64,000 bases of DNA, taken from a virus. The position numbers were made by a program, and so were the translations under genes. A model generated the notes under the pieces. The model did not search any database. It saw only the letters and a list, made by a program, of their open reading frames with translations, and had not been told where the DNA came from. Shown piece after piece: positions 30,959 to 39,548 of the stretch. Location of the stretch: the IMG/VR virus record IMGVR_UViG_3300035204_001027, positions 1 to 64,000 of that record; one strand, 5' to 3'. Within the stretch, counting starts at the first letter, position 1. The number at the start of each line of letters is the position of its first letter.

Positions 30959-31283
30959 TTTATAAATTGGTGAGGAATGGAGTCGGAAGAGAGTTCCGAA
31001 CAGCCCACGTGTCGTGGCTCATGCGAACACCTCACCTTTTTTAAATAACTTCAAATAATTCTCACCCTAAATAAGAATAAATACAAATAGGAACAAATAG
31101 AAATGTAAATAAATAATAAATATTTTTGTAAGTTTGTGCTTGACATTTTGCGCAAGGTCTGGCGGCCCGGGCCGCGAAACTTTTTTCACTTTTTTTAAGA
31201 ATAATGCTTGACTTAACAGTTAAACCTATGCTATACTTTATAAAGAGTTAAGGATAACAACTAAAGAGAAAGATAAACATAAA

Positions 31284-32153
31284 ATGGCACGTTCCGCTAA
31301 TCAAACTGATAACTATAACTACACCGTCGAATCCGTTAAACTATTCACTCCAGATGGCCAAGAGTCTGGCTGGTATGGCAATCGTCGAACTGATGATGGC
31401 TCTATTTTGGGCATCTGCACCGAGCAGTATAACATTGTTCAAAACAAGGACATATTCGGCAAGGCCGATGAAGCTATTGCTGACAGAGGTTTAGAACCCA
31501 CCTCAAAGCGCGTCGTAGTAAGCGATGGTGGAGCCAAAGTCCGTGGCATCTATGACTTTACTAATGAAGTCAAAAAGGTGAAGGGCGTTGGTGATGAGAT
31601 GGGCTTCCGTCTAATCGTTAACAATTCTTTTGACCGTAGCTTACGCATTAGCTTCCAACTTGGATTGCTGCGCCTAGTCTGCACCAATGGAATGACCACT
31701 CTTGAGAAAGAGTTCGACCTAACCAAAAAGCATTCTGCTCAATGCAAACTTGATGACCTATTGACAGATGACAATCTGGACAAGGCTTTTAACAAGTTCG
31801 AGGCTTCTCTCGGAGTGTACAGTCGTCTTGCTGATGTAAAGCTCAAGCAAGAAGAGGGGCTGAATGTTTTACAGCGTTTGGCAAAGGCTAACACCATTAG
31901 TGAAAAGCTGCGCGAAGGTATCGCTCACATTTGGAATAATCCAACCTACTCGGAGGATAAGGCTCGCAACCTTTACAACCTCAACAATGCCGTGACCCAG
32001 TACGTCACTGAAAACGTGTCAGAGGACAGGTTTGAGTACGCGAACCGTATCACCAGCCAAGTGCTGCGTTCCTTCAACCGTGCTACGAAGAGCAAGTCAT
32101 CGCTGACCAAGCTGACCTCTGCTCTCCCTGCACCAGTGGTTGCAAATAACTAA
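31284..32153 (+). CDS. DUF932/DUF945-like phage protein
   Basis: YNIVQN, NSFDRS, GLLRLVCTNG, NLYNLNNAVT. Confidence 0.75.
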   Translation: MARSANQTDNYNYTVESVKLFTPDGQESGWYGNRRTDDGSILGICTEQYNIVQNKDIFGKADEAIADRGLEPTSKRVVVSDGGAKVRGIYDFTNEVKKVKGVGDEMGFRLIVNNSFDRSLRISFQLGLLRLVCTNGMTTLEKEFDLTKKHSAQCKLDDLLTDDNLDKAFNKFEASLGVYSRLADVKLKQEEGLNVLQRLAKANTISEKLREGIAHIWNNPTYSEDKARNLYNLNNAVTQYVTENVSEDRFEYANRITSQVLRSFNRATKSKSSLTKLTSALPAPVVANN

Positions 32154-32176
32154 ATAATAAAATACAAATAACAAAT

Positions 32177-32206
32177 CGCTCACCCTTACGGGTGGGCATT
32201 TTTTTT
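32177..32206 (+). terminator. intrinsic terminator
   Basis: GCTCACCC-TTAC-GGGTGGGC then T-run. Confidence 0.85.
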
Positions 32207-32293
32207 GCTTGACTTCGGGGCCCGGGTTGTCAAGCTTTTTCGGTGTGACATATTGTCTCTTGACTTTCGGTGTTTTGTGTGGTACATTGTAGT

Positions 32294-32407
32294 ATGAAAT
32301 CCGATCACAGAGAATTGTTGTTTGTTATTGGCCTTGGAATGGCCTCGTTTATAGTTATCATACTTACGGGAGTTTACATGGAAACAAAAGGATTTGGCAC
32401 TTGGTGA
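32294..32407 (+). CDS. 37-aa membrane peptide (not in ORF track)
   Basis: promoter 32260-32288; paralog of 39549-39647. Confidence 0.65.
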   Translation: MKSDHRELLFVIGLGMASFIVIILTGVYMETKGFGTW

Positions 32408-32456
32408 GTAAAAAAAGTGCTTGACAAACTGACGGAAACCTGCTATACTATTATTT

Positions 32457-32618
32457 ATGACAGTTAAAGAAAAGAAGAAGTTGGACTTTGTGTTGTTCAT
32501 GCAAGTGGTTGCTGGCACACGCAACGTGAAACCTATTGACCGTTTGATGGCTCTCGCAAAAGATGTTGTCGCTATCCGTGACGGTGAAGAACCTAAAGAA
32601 TCGAAGGAGCTTATTTAA
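32457..32618 (+). CDS. 53-aa hypothetical protein (not in ORF track)
   Basis: ATG 7 nt after promoter 32421-32449. Confidence 0.65.
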   Translation: MTVKEKKKLDFVLFMQVVAGTRNVKPIDRLMALAKDVVAIRDGEEPKESKELI

Positions 32619-32619
32619 C

Positions 32620-33084
32620 ATGGAAAATCATTGGAACAAAAAAGTAGAATTACTCTATCGTAACTGTGGCACAAACTGGGCTGTGTTTATTCGTGGCGCA
32701 GCCGATGACGTAGAACAGGAGTTTTATGGTATGTATAACCACGGAGCGACTGACGGAGAGATTCAATGGCAAACACCAGAGAACGCTTATTTTTGGACTA
32801 CTAGAGAAAAGCTCGAAAAGTGTCTCACGAACCGAGCATTGTTCTGGCTATTGAATCAAGACGGACACGAAGAATCTGACGAGGAAGAATTGCTACCCGT
32901 AGCGAAACAGATGGCTGAAACTCTTATGGGTGAGATGGTTCAACAGTCGAACTTGATGACCTTTGGGAATACTTATGACACTTATGAACTTGGTGAAGTG
33001 TCAGCGGAATCGAGCGAGGAGCATATCAACAACGGCCCATCTACCGTGCAAGTTAACATCAGCAGATTAATGGGATCTCTATAA
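32620..33084 (+). CDS. acidic hypothetical protein
   Basis: AAGGAG upstream of ATG 32620. Confidence 0.7.
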   Translation: MENHWNKKVELLYRNCGTNWAVFIRGAADDVEQEFYGMYNHGATDGEIQWQTPENAYFWTTREKLEKCLTNRALFWLLNQDGHEESDEEELLPVAKQMAETLMGEMVQQSNLMTFGNTYDTYELGEVSAESSEEHINNGPSTVQVNISRLMGSL

Positions 33085-33127
33085 AAAAGGGCTTGACAAT
33101 CAAGCTGAAACGTGCTATATTATACTC

Positions 33128-33856
33128 ATGAAACTACTTGGAATCGACACAAACGCAAAAACCCGTAAAGGCCAGAAAAAAGGTTATATGACGGGAATCT
33201 CTTACCTCGCACCCAGCAATGCCAGCGGTGTGATGAACACTTGCCCATCAGCGAGCAAAGGCTGTCGTGCAGCTTGCCTGTTTACGTCAGGGAGAGGCCG
33301 TATGAATCCTGTTATGGAAGCTAGAATCAACAAGACAAAACTTCTTGCCAGTGATTCGCTGTCATACTTAAAACAGCTTAAACGTGAGATTGAAGCTCTA
33401 ATGAAACGCGCAGCGAAGAATGATAAAACCGCCTGTGTTCGTCTCAATGGCACTAGCGATATTGCTTGGGAGGAATACTTGTTAGACGGAAAGAATATCT
33501 TTGAGCATTTCCCGAATTGTCAATTTTACGACTACACAAAGCGTCTGGCTCGTGTTGCTGATTATGCAAACGGAAAGTTGCCGAGCAACTATCACTTGAC
33601 CTTTTCTCATAGTGAAAACACTAGCGAAGAAACTGTGAAAGATGTTTTGAATCGTGGCGTGAATGTCGCTGTGGTTTACAAAGACGTTTTGCCGGTAGAA
33701 GATTTCGGTGGTGTAGAGGTCGTCAATGGTGATGAAGATGATTTGCGTTTTTTAGATGCTATCGGAAAAATCGTTGGCCTAATCTATAAGAAAACTAAAG
33801 CAACAGAAGATGAATGGAATGGATTTGTGCGCCTCACGAAAGTAGAGGTGGCATAG
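33128..33856 (+). CDS. GP88-like phage protein (CxxxxxxCxxxC, radical-SAM-like)
   Basis: CPSASKGCRAACL..SGRG, VRLNGTSDI.WE, FYDYTK, YHLTFS, GDEDDLRFLD. Confidence 0.75.
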   Translation: MKLLGIDTNAKTRKGQKKGYMTGISYLAPSNASGVMNTCPSASKGCRAACLFTSGRGRMNPVMEARINKTKLLASDSLSYLKQLKREIEALMKRAAKNDKTACVRLNGTSDIAWEEYLLDGKNIFEHFPNCQFYDYTKRLARVADYANGKLPSNYHLTFSHSENTSEETVKDVLNRGVNVAVVYKDVLPVEDFGGVEVVNGDEDDLRFLDAIGKIVGLIYKKTKATEDEWNGFVRLTKVEVA

Positions 33857-33916
33857 ATGATAGCTATAACAATTTTCATGTGTTGGTGTGCGTGGTCTAT
33901 GCTCAAAAGAATGTAA
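33857..33916 (+). CDS. 19-aa hydrophobic micropeptide
   Basis: MIAITIFMCWCAWSMLKRM, directly after upstream stop. Confidence 0.5.
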   Translation: MIAITIFMCWCAWSMLKRM

Positions 33917-33965
33917 CTCTTAAATAGATAATATTAAATAGGTTAGTAAAGTATTACAATTAAAT

Positions 33966-34039
33966 AGTGGTGTGGCCAAGTGGTAAGGCGTTGCTCTGCA
34001 AAAGCGAGATCGTGGGTTCGACTCCCACCACCACTTCCA
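33966..34039 (+). tRNA. tRNA-Cys(GCA)
   Basis: acceptor AGTGGTG/CACCACT, anticodon arm TTGCT-CTGCAAA-AGCGA, T-arm GTGGG-TTCGACT-CCCAC, U73, encoded CCA. Confidence 0.96.
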
Positions 34040-34122
34040 CTTTGGCGGCCCGGGCCGTCAAGCATAAAAAAACTTTAAAAAATCGCTTGACAAATGGGCG
34101 TTTATGTGTTATATTATACCTA

Positions 34123-34407
34123 ATGAAAAACATAAAACCTATCGACGGCGGCGAATCTTTTGCAGTACATCAACACATCATCCTAAAGAACTTCTGGGAG
34201 TATTACCTCGGAGAGACTGATGAAGATGGCGTGGCTTTTGGCTATGTGATGGGGTTTGAGAATGAGTGGGGCAGCGTCTATATGCCAGAGATTGAGCCTC
34301 ACATTATAAGCATTGCACGGGGCAGAGAGCTTGAAGATGTTATGCCTCCATTTAACTATAAGTGGGAAGAGTCTGCCCTTCAAGATTTTCTCGAAGAAAG
34401 TGCTTGA
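34123..34407 (+). CDS. acidic protein, DUF2958-like
   Basis: AFGYVMGFENEWGSVYMPEI; start after promoter 34087-34115; family call from recalled motif. Confidence 0.55.
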   Translation: MKNIKPIDGGESFAVHQHIILKNFWEYYLGETDEDGVAFGYVMGFENEWGSVYMPEIEPHIISIARGRELEDVMPPFNYKWEESALQDFLEESA

Positions 34408-34439
34408 CAAACAGGAGAAAGTGTGGTATATTATAGCAT

Positions 34440-34691
34440 ATGAAGTTACAAGAAGGAAGAGAAAGAGCAAGTAATCTGAAACTGGGCGCAGTCTATTTTC
34501 ATGATAATGAGGCAAAACGGCTAGACCAAATCATAAGCTGTCAAGGTGTGTGGCTTGTTGATGCCGTTGGTGATGGGTATGGTGAAACTATCCCCTTTGA
34601 TGAGGTCGGGTACGCTGACCTTGATGAGGTGCAAGATTTCGTTGATGATTGCGAAGTGGCACTAGGAGAGAAAGCTCCTTTAGATTATTAA
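34440..34691 (+). CDS. acidic hypothetical protein
   Basis: promoter 34404-34432. Confidence 0.7.
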   Translation: MKLQEGRERASNLKLGAVYFHDNEAKRLDQIISCQGVWLVDAVGDGYGETIPFDEVGYADLDEVQDFVDDCEVALGEKAPLDY

Positions 34692-34700
34692 AATTAATCC

Positions 34701-34765
34701 TTGACAAAGTGGTCAAGTTTGTGGTATTATTATATACAGTTGAGCGAGAAATCGTTCTTTGAAAA
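34701..34765 (+). promoter_or_regulatory. promoter plus boxA-like element
   Basis: TTGACA-N18-TATTAT, then GTTCTTTGAAAA at 34754-34765; no ORF follows. Confidence 0.65.
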
Positions 34766-34768
34766 TTT

Positions 34769-34922
34769 AAGGGTGAAATTGGTGTTGCTGGACTGGATAA
34801 CAAGGTTCGAAGGTCAAACAAGGCGACAGCCTGACGCAGGAAAGCCCCTAGTGGAAGCGCGACGAAGCTAGACGGTGATACGATACTGGTCGGGTCAGGT
34901 TCGAATCCTGACACCCTGAACA
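34769..34922 (+). ncRNA. tRNA-like RNA of about 150 nt (tmRNA-like tRNA domain or interrupted tRNA)
   Basis: AGGGTG/CACCCT acceptor-like stem, canonical T-arm TCAGG-TTCGAAT-CCTGA. Confidence 0.6.
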
Positions 34923-34923
34923 A

Positions 34924-35227
34924 TTTAAGCTGACGACGGTTGGCTTAAGGGAATGGCTGAATATCCCTCCAACATAAGGGGAAAGGCATGGGGCCACCTG
35001 AGAGAGTGTTATCGCATGACTCTTGTGGTTTTAGTAGACTGGTTAACTTGAACTGTATTGTGTGCTGGTCTTGATGGTAATGCAGCAATCCATCTTCCCA
35101 TTAATTTATAGGGTGAAGTAACAAACGTCCGCAAAGAGGAAACGGCCCAATAAACAAAGTGCAAGGAGTTGTGGCGTAACGGTGCATCGTGCCACGTAAA
35201 GCACTTAAAAAATTCTCCCTTTTTTTT
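34924..35227 (+). ncRNA. putative structured non-coding RNA
   Basis: serial hairpins, no + strand ORF in track, ends in T-run. Confidence 0.4.
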
Positions 35228-35531
35228 GTCGATCATAAATACCTTTTTTTGATCGGCAATTTTTTTTGTCGATCATTCGTGAGCGGCTAATTCTTTTGCC
35301 AATCAATTATGGCAATTAATGAGCGACAAAGAGGGTAATTGTTTTGCAAGATAATACTGTTTTCGTGGGATATCTCCTCCAATAATTTCGTAAATAGCAC
35401 GAATTTCACATCGGAGAAATACCCCCTTTTTACGAAACTTAAACGTGATACTCATCCGGCGGCCCGGGGCCTGAAAAAAAATGAAAAAACCGCTTGACAA
35501 ACCCTGATTTGTGTGGTATATTATATCCATA

Positions 35532-35837
35532 ATGAACGACAAAATAGAAAACCTAATAAACAACCACATCACTCGACTTCAGCAGAACATCCTTGATCGT
35601 GACCACTCGGTCATGGCGTGTGGTGCTCGCAGCAATCCATTCCACGCTCAACTCGATGAGATTGACCTCAAGAATATAGCCTCTCTCAGAGAGGGTCGCA
35701 TCCCACAGTACAGCGACCACATGGCTTGCCTCGTTGGTGATGGCCCACATGATATGAGCGAGTTTCGTGACCTGACTTACGAGAAGGAGCATGAGGCTGC
35801 TGGCCTCTATGAGGGGGTTGAGCCGAGCCTAACTTAA
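35532..35837 (+). CDS. hypothetical protein
   Basis: start corrected to first ATG after promoter. Confidence 0.7.
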   Translation: MNDKIENLINNHITRLQQNILDRDHSVMACGARSNPFHAQLDEIDLKNIASLREGRIPQYSDHMACLVGDGPHDMSEFRDLTYEKEHEAAGLYEGVEPSLT

Positions 35838-35960
35838 TAGGCTACCCAGCCTAGCCGCCAAAGCTGCGCTTGAGACACAGCGCGACGAGGGGCTAGGCTC
35901 AGGGCCCGGGCCCTGAAGAAAGTGCTTGACAAACACCTGTTTATGTGTTACATTATAACA

Positions 35961-36089
35961 ATGAAACGACGAATCAAAGCACGGGTCAACAGAGATGGCC
36001 TGATGGGCAGCGCGTCTCGTGTCCATCGTGTGAGGAAGGGCAAGGGCTCTTATTGTCGTAAGTCTAAACACAAGAAAAATGAGTGGTAA
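35961..36089 (+). CDS. arfA: ArfA-like alternative ribosome-rescue peptide, 42 aa (not in ORF track)
   Basis: RVHRVRKGKGSYCRKSKH matches ArfA signature KGKGSYxRKxKH; own promoter. Confidence 0.75.
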   Translation: MKRRIKARVNRDGLMGSASRVHRVRKGKGSYCRKSKHKKNEW

Positions 36090-36255
36090 CTATTATGATG
36101 ATGAAGGTTACTTGGGCGATCACTATGTCGGTCAAAGTAAGTATGACTATGTGCTCAAGGAGTGCAAGCGGTGTGGTCAGAAGGTAGACATGAGTTCTGA
36201 TCATGCTATCTGTAATTCATGTGCCGATGCAATGGAGCGAGGGTGGGAGTATTGA
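36079..36255 (+). CDS. 58-aa zinc-finger protein (not in ORF track)
   Basis: CKRC...CNSC; overlaps arfA-like stop. Confidence 0.65.
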   Translation: MSGNYYDDEGYLGDHYVGQSKYDYVLKECKRCGQKVDMSSDHAICNSCADAMERGWEY

Positions 36256-36311
36256 TACTCTTAACCCTATTAATAGTAATAACTATTTGGTTGATGGTTA
36301 AAAGATACTGA
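36252..36311 (+). CDS. 19-aa hydrophobic micropeptide
   Basis: TTG start overlapping upstream TGA; MILLTLLIVITIWLMVKRY. Confidence 0.5.
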   Translation: MILLTLLIVITIWLMVKRY

Positions 36312-36380
36312 GGGCCCCGGCCCTGAAAAAAGTTAAAAAAACTGCTTGACAAACAGCCATTTGTGTGTTATATTATACCA

Positions 36381-36587
36381 ATGATAAGCGAGATGGATAA
36401 GTTTAAAGAAGATGCAGCTTTCAAGCTGTTTGGTCGCAGCCGCATACTTGCCATCGCTGGCAACGGGTGCGTGAAGTGTGGCGAGAGCGCGGTTGATTTC
36501 CGTGACGAACTCTCCCGCAAGGAGTACGGCATCTCTGGCTTGTGCCAGTGCTGCCAAGACAGCGTCTTTGGTGTGGAGGAGGACTAA
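36381..36587 (+). CDS. zinc-finger protein
   Basis: CVKC...FRDELSRKEYGISGLCQCCQD. Confidence 0.75.
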   Translation: MISEMDKFKEDAAFKLFGRSRILAIAGNGCVKCGESAVDFRDELSRKEYGISGLCQCCQDSVFGVEED

Positions 36588-36893
36588 TGAGATTAAACGA
36601 GATTAGCCCAGAGAGCATGGGCATGAGGCCCACGGACAAGCCTAAATTGATAGACGCTACGCCTACGCCTATGCATGACCAAAAGGATTGGATTCAGGAC
36701 AGTGATGGGACATGGGTATGTGATTGGTACATGGAGGACGGGTATGATGTCAGATGCAGAGATTAGATTAAGTGAGTTATTAGATAGCTTTAATAGTGAA
36801 GAAGAATGGCTAGCATATAGGGAATCTTATCCCTTAATACCAATAAGCTCAAATGATGATGTCCCTTGGAATTATGATATGAAAATCTTCTGA
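36587..36893 (+). other. two small acidic genes (36587-36766, about 36744-36893)
   Basis: coupled ORFs ending at next palindrome. Confidence 0.55.
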
Positions 36894-36962
36894 GGCCCCG
36901 GGCCTGAAAAAAAGTAAAAAAACCCCTTGACAAGAGGCTGTTTCTGTGGTATATTATGTCAT

Positions 36963-37208
36963 ATGAAAAACGATACAGTAACTCAAACCATCACCGAAGC
37001 CCAAGTCACCCAGCGCAAGCTGAATGAGATCAACAACAATTTCAACCTCACCGATGAGTACGTCGAGCATTTGGATCAAGCCGTGACTCAACTACTAGCT
37101 AACAAGGAACGCCTGAATAAGGCTCTAGGCATCCTCAACAAGCTGCCTTCTTCCTTGGAGGATAAGTTCGTCAAGGTCAATCCTAACCAGCAAGAACGCC
37201 GCTGGTAG
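36963..37208 (+). CDS. coiled-coil hypothetical protein
   Basis: start after promoter 36927. Confidence 0.7.
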   Translation: MKNDTVTQTITEAQVTQRKLNEINNNFNLTDEYVEHLDQAVTQLLANKERLNKALGILNKLPSSLEDKFVKVNPNQQERRW

Positions 37209-37302
37209 GCCTTGGCCCTTCGGGGCCCGGGCCCTGAAAAAAAAGTAAAAAAAGTGCCCTCCAGCCCTTGACAAGGGGTCATTTGTGTGCTATATTATGG
37301 TA

Positions 37303-37584
37303 ATGAAAAACGATACTCCAACTTACACCCTCTGGAACGGCCCTACTCTAATCGACACTTTTGAGCATAACCGTGAGGGCTATGACTCTGCTCTAGAGCG
37401 GGCTTTCGACCTTGGCCCTAGTGCCTCCATCTACTCCACTCGTGATGACCTTGTGTGGTCTGCCGAGGCAGATGAGCCAAATGAGCCTAGCGATGCGTGG
37501 CACGATGCCGACGCGCTTGCCTCTGCTGGATGGGGTACTGATGAGGACTACGGCTGCTATGGCCCAGAGGATTGCTGGGAATAG
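37303..37584 (+). CDS. highly acidic hypothetical protein
   Basis: C-terminal DADALASAGWGTDEDYG. Confidence 0.72.
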   Translation: MKNDTPTYTLWNGPTLIDTFEHNREGYDSALERAFDLGPSASIYSTRDDLVWSAEADEPNEPSDAWHDADALASAGWGTDEDYGCYGPEDCWE

Positions 37585-37686
37585 CAATCTCAGGCCCCGG
37601 GCTGTCAAGCAAAAAAAGTTATTCACAATCGAAGAAAGTGCCTTGACAAACGGGCGATTCTGTGGTATATTATAAGTATAACAACG

Positions 37687-38808
37687 ATGAAAAACTACAC
37701 ACCGACAATCGCCCAGAGAACTAGGATGATGACCGCTATTGAAAGCGAGCTAGAACGAGAGAATCCGAATTATGCACATTTGACTATTACCTTTGGTATG
37801 ATGCAGCACGCTGCTGATGAAGGTACAGGAGGAGACCATTACGACTATTTAGAGAGATTGTGGAATATGTTCAATCTCGAAAAAAGATGAAAAAAGTGCT
37901 TGACAAACGGTCGATTATGTGGTATATTTAGGTATTAAGATTATGATAAACGAGACAGAACTATTACTGAATCAAGAGGTAGAAGTGACATTCCAACGAA
38001 GCCAACTTTGGGGCAAGCGTGGTCACGTTCTAGGCATTATGGCTGATGGTCGTACATTAGATATTGAGCTACATGGTGGCAAACGGGTATTCCTAGATGT
38101 CACTTTTGTGGATGAGATTCGTGAACGTACACAGTTCGCCAAGACCGAGCAAAGCCTCGGCCCAATCGCTAACCATCTCATTAAGGATACGCTTTAATTA
38201 TGAAACTCATTGTAAAGGAAATGCCCGCAAGGCAAAAGTTCTATCAGTTAGTAGATGCTGCGTGTTACGCTAGAATGGGATGCTCCATGCATGACCTACC
38301 TGATTTCCCATATAGTGATTACTATGATGATGAGATTATGTCTCATGAGGAAATGGTTAATGCAGCAGATATGTGCATTGAGGATCTAGTGCTTGAGCTT
38401 AAGAATGATAACGAAGGATATTGGTTATGAGGAATTGGCTTGATATGTATGGTGGGTGGCTTGCGATAGTTCTCTATTTCATTCTAACAACTATTATTTG
38501 GAAATGGTAAAAAAACAAAAAGAACAAAAGCCTGTAATGGCTGAATTAGTACGCGTGTTAAAAGATAAGCCTAAAGGTCTTACTCTTAACGAAGTCAAAG
38601 GCAAGGGCTTGCAACTACCTTCTGGCCCTGCTCTAATCAATGGACAATGGACTTGGTAATTATGAATGAAGAATATGCAAAACATCTAATGAAAGAATAT
38701 AAAGAAGAAAGCCCATTTGAATTATGGGTGTGGTTCGTTGCTGCTCAATTGCTTTTCGGTATTATACTTATAGGCGTAATAGGTCTTTGTATGTGGATGG
38801 CTTCTTAA
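37687..38808 (+). other. small genes 37687-37890, 37943-38197, 38200-38430, 38427-38510, 38504-38659, 38662-38808
   Basis: two promoters, coupled ORFs, two encode single TM peptides. Confidence 0.6.
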
Positions 38809-38942
38809 TCAGGGGCGTCTAATAGAGGGCCGTAATAGTAGTTGTAAGGCGCTTTCTCATAGCGCCTAGGCTCAGGGCCCGGGGCTCAAAAAAAAGTAAA
38901 AAAACCGCTTGACAGCACCCCATATCTGTGGTATATTATAGC

Positions 38943-39116
38943 ATGATTAAACGACAAGATTGGACTATCACCTTCGACGATGGCAGCACTGCATCCTACT
39001 TTAACATGACCTCTCTGGAGGCTGTGAGGTGCGCTGTGAGTGACTGGTATCCAGCCAAGCGTGTGGTGGCATGGGTGCCCCGTCAGGTGGACGTGTACAG
39101 CATAGCACTGGACTAG
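38943..39116 (+). CDS. hypothetical protein
   Basis: start after promoter 38909. Confidence 0.65.
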   Translation: MIKRQDWTITFDDGSTASYFNMTSLEAVRCAVSDWYPAKRVVAWVPRQVDVYSIALD

Positions 39117-39120
39117 GGTC

Positions 39121-39180
39121 ATGCTGCTACTGGCTCTAATAGTGGTGTGGTGGGTATGGCTAGCAGTAGACCAGTATTGA
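39121..39180 (+). CDS. 19-aa hydrophobic micropeptide
   Basis: MLLLALIVVWWVWLAVDQY; stop abuts palindrome. Confidence 0.5.
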   Translation: MLLLALIVVWWVWLAVDQY

Positions 39181-39238
39181 GGGCCCGGGCCTTGAAAAAA
39201 GTCCTTGACAAGGGGTCATTTGTGTGGTATATTATAGT

Positions 39239-39412
39239 ATGACATTTAACAAAGGTGACAAAGTAGCACACAGGGATAACCCGATCCATTGGAGAGGTGA
39301 GGTGACAGAGGTAAAATTAAATGGGCGAATAAAGGTGATGCTCATTAACGGTAATGAGGTAGAGGTCGGGCCATATGTGCCATTGAAGCTAGATGTCTTT
39401 GCTGACGAATAA
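39239..39412 (+). CDS. small SH3/KOW-like hypothetical protein
   Basis: FNKGDKV...GEVTEV. Confidence 0.6.
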   Translation: MTFNKGDKVAHRDNPIHWRGEVTEVKLNGRIKVMLINGNEVEVGPYVPLKLDVFADE

Positions 39413-39548
39413 GCAATGACCCACCCCCACGGGGGGAGGGGGTACCCCCACCCCTATTCGAGGCCCGGGGTTTGAGACATGACCCGGATGGGGTGCCTCT
39501 CTAGAAAAAAGCCCTTGACAGATCGACACTTTCGTGGTATATTATGGT

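Noticed and set aside
33967-34122. N-terminal part of ORF 33967-34407
   Set aside because: Overlaps tRNA-Cys, a palindrome and a promoter; gene starts at 34123.
34769-34922. Calling this a canonical tmRNA (ssrA) or a normal tRNA
   Set aside because: Too short for tmRNA with no G3-U70 pair or evident tag frame; too long and lacking D and anticodon arms for a standard tRNA.
35461-39193. GC palindromes as intrinsic terminators
   Set aside because: They are followed by A-tracts, not T-tracts, on the + strand and are not preceded by A-tracts, so the geometry fits neither strand.
35511-39238. Shared N-termini MWYI/MCYI/MVYY in ORF-track proteins as a protein motif
   Set aside because: Artefact of translating through the conserved GTGGTATATT -10 box; true starts are the next ATG.
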